Source: a bacterium | Lineage (GTDB): Bacteria; RBG-13-61-14; DATKZS01 | DNA: 64,000 nucleotides | Direction: 5' to 3' | NCBI GenBank assembly: GCA_963674965.2 | Contig: CAXXFL010000001.1 | Span: forward strand, 448,001 to 512,000 | In this document: in pieces, positions 10,224 to 18,089 of the stretch | Layout: every line of letters begins with the position of its first letter | How positions within the stretch are numbered: position 1 is the first letter of the stretch | Notes under the pieces: generated by a model | Seen by the model: the letters and a program-made list of their open reading frames with translations, nothing else | Told to the model about the DNA's origin: nothing | Databases searched by the model: none | Translations under genes and position numbers: made by a program

Positions 10224-11690
10224 TTACTGCTTCCCCGATTCCGCCTCCAGGTCGTACTCGAGGCAGTCCGTTATTTCCGCCTCGATTATTTCACCGGGAC
10301 GGGCGTCTCCCACGAGCCTGACCAGGCCGTCCACCTCGACGGCCATGCCCGAAAAGCGGGCGGCCCATTCGTTGGGAGATGATTGCGTGACTGTCTCGCC
10401 TTCCCCTTCTTCTTCCTCGATAAGAGGCGGCCAGGGCTCGTCCACCAGGAGGGGCAGCTTCCTGCCCACAAGCTCGGAAAGCTTCCGGGCCGTCACCTCG
10501 CGCTGGGCCTCGAGAAGCGCGGACAATCTTTCCTCGGCCACCTCCTCTGGAACGCGGTCCGGCAGGCGCTTTGCCGGGGTCCCCTCTTGCGGCGAGAACG
10601 TAAAGCCCGAGGCCCAGAGGAAGCGGCCTTCCTCGACCAAATCGAGAAGCTCCTCGAACTCGGCGTCCCCCTCCCCCGGGTAACCCACCAAAAAGGTCGA
10701 GCGAAGAACAAGGCCGGGAACGCGCGACTCGAGCTTGTCCAGAAGCTCCATGGTGGACCGCTTGTCATGAGACCTGCCCATGGCGGCCAGGACCTTGTCC
10801 GAGGCGTGCTGGAGGGGCAGGTCGAGGTAATGAAGGAGCCTGTCCTCGTTGGCCAGAAGTTCGATAAGCCTATCGGTCACGTGGGACGGGTGGCCGTAAA
10901 GCAGCCTGATCCAGGGGATGGAGGTCTTATCGAGGATGGCCCGGATGAGGTCGGCAAGCTCGAGACCGGGACTTAAGTCCTTGCCATAGGCGGTGACGTC
11001 CTGGCCCACCAGGTAAAGCTCCTTGACCCCGGCCCGCTCGAGGGCCTTGGCCTCCTTTACCAGCCGATCCAAATCCTCGGACCTCAGCTTCCCCCTGATG
11101 CGGGGTATGGCGCAGAAGCGGCAGGCCGAGTTACACCCGTCGCAAATCTTCAAGAAGGCGTAATGATCGGGGGTGGTCAGAATCCTTCGGCCGGTGGGAG
11201 CGGAAAAAGGATCGATCCTCGAGTGAAGCCTCGGCTCATCCGATCCTTCCCGAGCGTGGATATCCACGATCGCCCTGTGGATATCCATGTTGATATCCCT
11301 TGGGATTTCCCTTTTCAAGCCGGGATTTTCCCTTTCCCAAAGCGCGTTTAGGGTTTTCCACAACTTATCCACATGATCTGTCCCCAATACCGCGTCGGCC
11401 TCGGGAATTTCCTCGATCAACTCCCGTTTATAACGCTCGCTCAGGCAGCCCACTATGGCCACTACTCGATAGAGTCCCTCCTCCTTGGCCCGGATTCCCT
11501 CCATGACCGCCGCCACGCTCTCCTCCTTGGCCGCGTCGATAAAACCGCAGGTATTCACCACCAGGGCAAAGGCCGGCTCGGGCGCTTGAACTATCCGCCA
11601 CCCCGCCGCGTCCAGCGCCCCCAAGGTCCTCTCCGTGTCCACCCGGTTCTTGTCGCAACCGAGGGTCAGGTATGCCGCGCTCTTGTCCAT
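10224..11690 (-). CDS. rimO: Ribosomal protein S12 methylthiotransferase
   Basis: LGCDKNRVDTE, NTCGFIDAAKEES, GCLSERY, CDGCNSACRFCAIP radical SAM motif, TRAM domain with MAVEVDG. Confidence 0.93.
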   Translation of the reverse strand: MDKSAAYLTLGCDKNRVDTERTLGALDAAGWRIVQAPEPAFALVVNTCGFIDAAKEESVAAVMEGIRAKEEGLYRVVAIVGCLSERYKRELIEEIPEADAVLGTDHVDKLWKTLNALWERENPGLKREIPRDINMDIHRAIVDIHAREGSDEPRLHSRIDPFSAPTGRRILTTPDHYAFLKICDGCNSACRFCAIPRIRGKLRSEDLDRLVKEAKALERAGVKELYLVGQDVTAYGKDLSPGLELADLIRAILDKTSIPWIRLLYGHPSHVTDRLIELLANEDRLLHYLDLPLQHASDKVLAAMGRSHDKRSTMELLDKLESRVPGLVLRSTFLVGYPGEGDAEFEELLDLVEEGRFLWASGFTFSPQEGTPAKRLPDRVPEEVAEERLSALLEAQREVTARKLSELVGRKLPLLVDEPWPPLIEEEEGEGETVTQSSPNEWAARFSGMAVEVDGLVRLVGDARPGEIIEAEITDCLEYDLEAESGKQ

Positions 11691-11734
11691 TTTTTTATGC
11701 AAAAGTGTAAATTATTATTCCGCTTCAGGAGACT

Positions 11735-12619
11735 TCATTCGAGCCGAGTCCCAATTCGGCTTATATCCGGGCTAAGATAAATATAGAGGACTTTTCCCGT
11801 GACCGCCTCAATACTTATAGGCCCGAATCTCCGTGAATCAAGACTTGCAAGCCTATTGTCTCCCATTACAAAAACATGTCCCGTCGGTATATTCATTTCT
11901 TTAAAATTTTCCGTGTGCTCCATGCGGCCAAGATAAGTTTGATCGAGATAAATATATGGCTCTTCAAGTTCATTTCCATTGATATAGACAACATTGTCCT
12001 TTATTGCCAAGACTTCACCAGGAAGTCCTATTACTCTTTCTATCCATTTCTTAGACGGATCATCAGGAGATTTGAACGCGACGACGTCTCCTCTTTTAGG
12101 AGTTTTAATTACGCTAGCTCTCGTATCCGTGACAATACAGTCATTTCGGATTAGCGTCCATTTCATTCCGGATGACCCTATTCGAAAGACTTCAGTATAA
12201 TGAGGTTTGATAAAGTAAATTCCAATGACCGCCAAATAAATGAAAATTCCCGGCAACGAGTAGACAATCCAGTGGTTGAACCAAAAAAGTATCACTGTGC
12301 CTTTTCTTCTCGCGGTAAAGAACGCGTCAATTGCACTGAATAGCGGAAGCATTAGAAGCATAATGACGTAAATATACAAATATGAAATATGTCGAGAAAA
12401 AAGAAGGACAAAAATGGTTGCGTAAGCTACCGCTAACCAAAGGCCGATAAAGATACAACCTTTCTTTAATTGTCCGTTATAGATTTGTCCCAATCCCAAG
12501 AACCCAAAAGAAAGCACTGCGGCCAGAAGAGGCTCTCTCTTTTTTCCAATTGCGGTTTCTTCACTCAACGCTCCAGTCCTTCCTTTTAATTTTCCAGTCC
12601 GGCGTGAAAGACCTTTCAC
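11735..12619 (-). CDS. Signal peptidase I (S26) homolog, catalytic residues substituted
   Basis: PKRGDVVAF, RVIGLPGE, FVMGDNR..S.DSR.FG boxes; N-terminal TM region; box B reads IGSSGM and box D reads WIERVIG; clearly lower GC than flanks. Confidence 0.85.
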   Translation of the reverse strand: MKGLSRRTGKLKGRTGALSEETAIGKKREPLLAAVLSFGFLGLGQIYNGQLKKGCIFIGLWLAVAYATIFVLLFSRHISYLYIYVIMLLMLPLFSAIDAFFTARRKGTVILFWFNHWIVYSLPGIFIYLAVIGIYFIKPHYTEVFRIGSSGMKWTLIRNDCIVTDTRASVIKTPKRGDVVAFKSPDDPSKKWIERVIGLPGEVLAIKDNVVYINGNELEEPYIYLDQTYLGRMEHTENFKEMNIPTGHVFVMGDNRLASLDSRRFGPISIEAVTGKVLYIYLSPDISRIGTRLE

Positions 12620-12811
12620 GCATTAGCGAACCATTCTTTACAAGAATACTCTTCGGCTAACTTGCCAGTCAAATTCTTTTATCCTCAAAGAAGGACGACT
12701 CCTTTGTTTCATCTCTTGCGCCCCATGATTGACAACTCGGGCATGGGCCGTAAAATCAATAACTCATGGTTTTATTAATGGACAGGAACAAAACTCCCTG
12801 GCGAGGGCCGC

Positions 12812-13807
12812 ATGAGTAAGGACCTTATAGCCATAGCCCTTATGAGCGGCGGTCTGGACTCGGCCCTGGCCGCGGCGGTGGTCATGGAATGGGGCGCCGC
12901 GGTCATCGGTATATGGTGCGACCATCCCTTCCATCCCGACGAGCGAGGCGGCGCCCGTCCCCACGCGGAGCTGGTGGCGAAGGAGCTGGGAATCGAGTTG
13001 GTGAAAAGGGACGTTACCGAAAAGATGATCGAGACGGTCAAGTCCCCCGCCCACGGGTACGGGAAACACTTAAACCCCTGCGTTGACTGCCGCATACTCT
13101 ACCTGGCCGAGGCCCGGGAACTGATGGAGGAAAGGGGCGCCCATTTCCTGGTCACGGGCGAGGTCCTGGGCCAGCGGCCCATGAGCCAGCGGCGGGACTC
13201 GATGGATATCATCGACCGCGACTCTGGACTTCGGGGACTTATTGTCCGGCCCCTTTGCGGGAAGTTCATGCGGCCCACCATACCCGAGCAAAAGGGATGG
13301 ATCGAGCGCGAGAAGCTCCTGGATATCGACGGCCGGGGCCGCAAGCGCCAGATCGAGCTGGCCGGGAAATTCAGCGTCAAGGAATACGCCTCCCCCGCCG
13401 GCGGGTGCCTTCTTACCATGGAGGACTTCGCCCGCAAGATGAAGGACCTTATCGGCCACGGCGAAGTATCGCGCGCCGACGTCGAGCTTCTCAAGGTCGG
13501 GCGGCGCCTGCGTCTTTCGGACAAGGCCATTCTGGTGCTGGGCAAGAACGAAGGGGAAAACCGGCGCCTCGAGAACATGGTACTGCCGGGAGACGCGGCC
13601 CTTACCACCATCGACGTTCCCGGACCTTTCGGTTTAATAAGGGGAAAGTTCGAACGGGAAGACCTCGAGCTTGCCTGTTCGATCCTTCTTCGTTACGTCC
13701 GTCCCACGGGTAACCCGATCCCGGTCCTTGCCTCGACAGGGGACGAGAGGATAACGATTAGCGCCTCTCCCATGGGCCGGGCCGATGCCAAAAGGTATCT
13801 TATTTGA
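12812..13807 (+). CDS. ThiI/MnmA-like PP-loop tRNA sulfurtransferase with C-terminal DUF814-like domain
   Basis: SGGLDS PP-loop, NPCVDCR, TGEVLGQRPMSQ, PAGGCLLT. Confidence 0.85.
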   Translation: MSKDLIAIALMSGGLDSALAAAVVMEWGAAVIGIWCDHPFHPDERGGARPHAELVAKELGIELVKRDVTEKMIETVKSPAHGYGKHLNPCVDCRILYLAEARELMEERGAHFLVTGEVLGQRPMSQRRDSMDIIDRDSGLRGLIVRPLCGKFMRPTIPEQKGWIEREKLLDIDGRGRKRQIELAGKFSVKEYASPAGGCLLTMEDFARKMKDLIGHGEVSRADVELLKVGRRLRLSDKAILVLGKNEGENRRLENMVLPGDAALTTIDVPGPFGLIRGKFEREDLELACSILLRYVRPTGNPIPVLASTGDERITISASPMGRADAKRYLI

Positions 13808-14098
13808 CCCAAAACCGACGGCTCGCGAAAACATGCCCCTCCTAACAAATTGAAATAGTAACGTAAATATAATTTGCCCTTTTGGCCCGGACATTATTTT
13901 TTTTATGACGGGGCATTTTTTCTTGCAAATAAGCGATGAAAAATGTTAGCATTAGGTTGGGCGAAGTAATATCATTGGCAAGTAGCGGCCTCATTTTCCT
14001 TTCCCGTTTGAGAAAAGCGATAACCCGACCTACTACGGCGAATCCTCTTTCCTTTTGCCGGGAAAGGCTCAAACGGCTCGAATTGAAGGGACGATTCC

Positions 14099-15523
14099 TT
14101 GGGCAAATGGTGGGATGAAGAGTGCGGTATAGTTGGGGTCTACGGCCATCCGGAGGCCGCCAACCTGGCCTATCTTTGTATGTACGCCCTCCAGCATCGC
14201 GGCCAGGAAAGCGCCGGCATAGTCAGCTCGACTGGCTCGAGAATGTTTTCCCACCGCTCGATGGGCCTTGTGCAGGACGTGTTCAATGAGGACATCCTCA
14301 TGAAGCTGCCAGGCTCGTTGGCCATTGGCCACGTCAGGTACTCGACGGCGGGCTCGTCCCTTTTGAAAAACGCCCAGCCCTACGCCATGGAAAGCAGCAG
14401 GCGCGGCCGTCTGGCGGTCGGCCATAACGGCAACCTGGTCAACGCCCGCGCCATCAGGGAGACCCTCGAGGACAGCGGCGCCATTTTCCAGTCCGCCACC
14501 GACACGGAGGTGATCGTTCACCTTATGGCCCAGGCCGGGTCGGGACGGCTGATCGACAAGATAGGCTTCGCCACCGGCCAGATACTCGGGGCCTTCAGCG
14601 CCGTGTTCATGACGGACAAGGAGGTGGCCGGCTGCCGCGACCCCTGGGGATTTCGGCCGCTGGTGGTGGGCAAGGTCAAGAACGCCTACATCCTGGCCTC
14701 CGAGACCTGCGCCCTCGACTTGGTGGGCGCCATCTACGAGCGCGAGGTCCAGCCGGGCGAGGTGGTCATTATCAACGAGAACGGACTTACCAGCTACGCG
14801 AACATGCCCACCCGAAAGCACGCGAGATGCGTGTTCGAGCATATCTATTTCGCCCGCCCCGACTCGAAGATTTTCGGGGACTCCGTTTACGCGGTGCGAA
14901 AGAGGCTGGGGGCCAAGCTCTACGAGGAACAACCGGCCGAGGCCGACGTGGTTATCTGCGTGCCCGACTCGGGCCGGGTCGCGGCCATAGGCTACGCCGA
15001 GGCCGCCGGCCTTCCCTACGAGGAGGGCCTAATAAGGAACCACTACGTGGGCCGGACTTTTATCGAGCCCTCCCACGCCATCCGCAACTTCGGGGTCAAG
15101 GTCAAACTCAACGCCGTCAAGAGCGTCCTGGAAGGAAAGCGGGTGGTGGTGGTCGACGACTCGATCGTTCGGGGCACCACCTGCCAGAAGATAGTCCACA
15201 TGCTGCGCGAGATGGGCGGGGCCAAAGAGGTCCATTTCCGGATCAGCTCTCCGCCCGTGACCCATCCTTGCTATTATGGAATAGATACCCCCACCAAAGA
15301 GGAACTTTGCTATAACGTCATGGACGGGAACGTGAGCGGAATCTGCGATTTCATCACGGCCGAATCCTTGGGTTATATATCGGTGCCGGGCATGCTCGAG
15401 GCGGTTAGAGACGGGAAAGATTTGGGTTTTTGCGACGCCTGCTTTACGGGCAACTATCCGGTGACCGTAATAGACGACCTGGAAAACAAGCAGATGGAAC
15501 TTTTCTTGCAAGAAATAGAATGA
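14099..15523 (+). CDS. purF: Amidophosphoribosyltransferase
   Basis: EECG, LQHRGQESAG, GHVRYST, HNGNLVN, VVVDDSIVRGTT; Fe-S cysteines (CVFE, PCYYG, CDAC). Confidence 0.97.
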   Translation: MGKWWDEECGIVGVYGHPEAANLAYLCMYALQHRGQESAGIVSSTGSRMFSHRSMGLVQDVFNEDILMKLPGSLAIGHVRYSTAGSSLLKNAQPYAMESSRRGRLAVGHNGNLVNARAIRETLEDSGAIFQSATDTEVIVHLMAQAGSGRLIDKIGFATGQILGAFSAVFMTDKEVAGCRDPWGFRPLVVGKVKNAYILASETCALDLVGAIYEREVQPGEVVIINENGLTSYANMPTRKHARCVFEHIYFARPDSKIFGDSVYAVRKRLGAKLYEEQPAEADVVICVPDSGRVAAIGYAEAAGLPYEEGLIRNHYVGRTFIEPSHAIRNFGVKVKLNAVKSVLEGKRVVVVDDSIVRGTTCQKIVHMLREMGGAKEVHFRISSPPVTHPCYYGIDTPTKEELCYNVMDGNVSGICDFITAESLGYISVPGMLEAVRDGKDLGFCDACFTGNYPVTVIDDLENKQMELFLQEIE

Positions 15524-15529
15524 AAATGG

Positions 15530-15558
15530 TTGACAAAGCCTGAAAGAGCGGTTATAAT
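15530..15558 (+). promoter_or_regulatory. Perfect consensus sigma70 promoter
   Basis: TTGACA (15530-15535), 17 bp, TATAAT (15553-15558). Confidence 0.85.
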
Positions 15559-15695
15559 TATCGGGTTTGTTTGGTTAAGTGTTTGATAGACAAAGCGAAA
15601 TTAAAGCTCCCTGATTTGGGAACTTTTTTTATTATAAAGCATCTTAAATAGCTGTGAGGTAAACTATAAGATGCGACGTTATGAGGAGTAGTAAA

Positions 15696-15884
15696 ATGGC
15701 AAAGCGTAGAAAGAAAAAGAAAACTAAAAGGGTTTGCCTTCGTTGCGACAGAGAGTTCATGAGCGACGGAATCTATAACCGGATTTGCCCCAACTGCCGG
15801 GAATCCAACGCTAATATAGCTCTGTATCCTTACGACTCCGTCCACGATTACCCGTCGGGCGATATTGTAAGCAAGCGCGACTGA
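15696..15884 (+). CDS. Small basic zinc-finger protein (62 aa)
   Basis: RBS GAGGAG; AKRRKKKKTKR then CLRC-x13-CPNC. Confidence 0.75.
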   Translation: MAKRRKKKKTKRVCLRCDREFMSDGIYNRICPNCRESNANIALYPYDSVHDYPSGDIVSKRD

Positions 15885-16012
15885 GAAAGGTAGACGGGCT
15901 TTGGTCAGCCAAAGAGACATGGGAAAGATCGTTACCATTGCTGAAAACCCAATGCCAGAGGTTCGCCCGGAGCCAAAAAGTCATTAGTCACCGTTTTTAA
16001 ACGACTTTTTCC

Positions 16013-16041
16013 AAGAGCGCCCAGGCGGCGCTCTTTTTTTT
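16013..16041 (+). terminator. Rho-independent terminator
   Basis: AAGAGCGCC / GGCGCTCTT stem with T-run. Confidence 0.85.
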
Positions 16042-16119
16042 GGTAACTCGTATCCTTCTTGGGCTTCTCAGATTATTTAACGCATGACATGTCGCATTGG
16101 TTGTGGTATTTGCTTTTTA

Positions 16120-16341
16120 ATGCGAATATCATCTTCAAAGATTCGCGAGCGGGCGCTTGGCGCCTATCAAACTGGCGATTACACCCAATTGGAGGTCGCC
16201 GCCATATTCAAAGTCAGCACTCGTTACTTTCAACGCTGGCTCAGGCGGTACCATAGTCATGGTTCGACCGAACAGAGTAAACGCGGCCACCGCGTCGCCG
16301 TTTATCGGGCGCCTGGTTTTTCTCGGCGAGTCCGGCGCTAA
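16120..16341 (+). pseudogene. IS630-family transposase N-terminal HTH remnant
   Basis: IRERALGAYQTGDYTQLEVAAIFKVSTRYFQRWLRRYHSHGS resembles the IS630 HTH; no DDE domain follows. Confidence 0.65.
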
Positions 16342-16374
16342 AACCAGCATAAGTCGCCACTGGGGGCGGGGACG

Positions 16375-16525
16375 AACAGCGTTGAAGCGGCCAAGTCTCT
16401 CTTGGAAGGTGGAGCGGACGTTAGCGCCATGAACTAGGACAATTCATCACCCCCTTGCGGTAGCCAAAAAATACGATAAGACGCAGATGGCGGCTTTCCT
16501 TTTTGAGAAAGGCGGCGTGGAATCA
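16375..16525 (+). pseudogene. Ankyrin-repeat gene remnant
   Basis: Manual translation NSVEAAKSLLEGGADVSAMN*DNSSP / LAVAKKYDKTQMAAFLFEKGG with in-frame TAG (16435-16437) and a frameshift. Confidence 0.6.
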
Positions 16526-16719
16526 AGCCTTCATTCGAGTGGCGGCCATTCAACAGGCATGGTATCCGCTCGGATTTTAATTATTTTTCTGGCGCCGCCC
16601 GCATTTCCTTTATGTTGATGAGCGGTTAAACCGGGCCCGGTTTTACCGATGAAGAGCTCCCCAGAAAACCCTTATGGCGTCCCTATTTTAAAAAAATTAG
16701 AAAAGTTAATATTTTTTTC

Positions 16720-16758
16720 TTGACAAACCTAATCAATTGATTTAATCTTATGATTAAA
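16720..16758 (+). promoter_or_regulatory. Promoter with tandem palindromic operators (likely TetR autorepression)
   Basis: TTGACA at 16720; AATCAATTGATT (16731-16742) and TTTAATCTTATGATTAAA (16741-16758), both AATC-N4-GATT. Confidence 0.65.
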
Positions 16759-16780
16759 GTGATTGATCAAAAGGGCGGAT

Positions 16781-17464
16781 ATGCAAGAAAATATAATTAA
16801 AATCGACCATGTACCGGTTAGAAGACTCGAAACCGCTATACACGATCCCTCCTCACCGCCGGGCAGAATCCTTCAGGCCGCCGAGGATATCTTCGCCGAT
16901 GAGGGGTACAAGGCGGCCACTACAAGGGCCATCGCCAAAAAAGCGGGCGTCAATATCGCCACCATCCACTACTATTGGGGCTCAAAGGACGAGCTTTGGT
17001 ACGCGGTCATTTATAACGTGATTACTCGGATCACGCGGCTGACCGAGGGGATTTTGGAACCCAGGACCGAGACCGAAGACCCTCGCGCCCTCATCCGGCA
17101 CATCATCGGCAAGCTGGTGGATATTTTCGCCGACAATCCCAACTACGCCCGTCTTCTTCAGCACCGCACCCTGGAGGGCGTCAGCCCCGAGGTGGCCGAG
17201 GAGATATCTTTGCCCCTCCTGAATATCGGCCTTAAATTCATCAAGCAGCGGAACATAAAGGGATACGCGGAGAATATCGACCCCTCCATGATGCTTTTCA
17301 GCCTCCAGGGGGCGCTTAGAATTTTTTTTCACGAGAAGGACTCGGTCAAGGCCATATTCGGGGAAGACCCAGCGTCCTTTTCCGACGGTTTCAGGCAAAG
17401 GCTAAAGGACCTGATCTCGTCTTTGGCCATTCATTACGCGGGACTTGACGGTAATAAGGGGTAG
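16781..17464 (+). CDS. TetR/AcrR family transcriptional regulator
   Basis: RILQAAEDIFADEGYKAATTRAIAKKAGVNIATIHYYWGSKDEL HTH. Confidence 0.93.
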   Translation: MQENIIKIDHVPVRRLETAIHDPSSPPGRILQAAEDIFADEGYKAATTRAIAKKAGVNIATIHYYWGSKDELWYAVIYNVITRITRLTEGILEPRTETEDPRALIRHIIGKLVDIFADNPNYARLLQHRTLEGVSPEVAEEISLPLLNIGLKFIKQRNIKGYAENIDPSMMLFSLQGALRIFFHEKDSVKAIFGEDPASFSDGFRQRLKDLISSLAIHYAGLDGNKG

Positions 17465-17582
17465 TGGGGGAGTCGCCGCCCAGGCGGCCTAACATCGTCA
17501 TCTTTGCATGAACGGGAAGATTTTCCGGATCGGCTGTATCGTTCGCGCGGACTCGTGATTGCAAAAAGCGGGAGGATTTTCC

Positions 17583-18056
17583 GTGGGATCGATACCGACG
17601 GCAAACGTCGCGGCCGTTTTGCACCTGGCCTTCGTGTCCGCCCTTATCGGCGTGATCGCGGCGGAGACGGTAATGGAGGCGCTTCCACTTCGCCAGAGAG
17701 ACCTCCACCAGGGCGCGGTCCGGTTCCATCTATGGATCGGCCTCTTGCTCGAGGTACCCATCGCCATGGGCGTGGTCGTAACGGGAATAGCCATGGCCAC
17801 GCTGGTCGACTCCTTTTCCCTTTTCCACGTCGTGAAAATTTCCCTGGCTTCCATCGCCCTTCTTCTCGGTCTCACCTGCGTCTTCCGGGTCATCAGAAGA
17901 TACCGGCTATGGGACGACGGGGCCATGGACGACGTCCTCGAGAAGGACACGCGAAAAATCCATCTGACCGCCGCGTTTATTTACGCGCTCATGATCGGGC
18001 CGGCGATATTGGGGGTTTGGCTCGCCTATAAGCGGGTCGCCGAGTTCTACGGATAA
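17583..18056 (+). CDS. Hypothetical 4-TM membrane protein
   Basis: RBS GGGAGG then GTG 17583; four hydrophobic segments with several His residues. Confidence 0.75.
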   Translation: MGSIPTANVAAVLHLAFVSALIGVIAAETVMEALPLRQRDLHQGAVRFHLWIGLLLEVPIAMGVVVTGIAMATLVDSFSLFHVVKISLASIALLLGLTCVFRVIRRYRLWDDGAMDDVLEKDTRKIHLTAAFIYALMIGPAILGVWLAYKRVAEFYG

Positions 18057-18089
18057 AGGAAAGAAATAATAAGGGTCAATGGGGGGATA

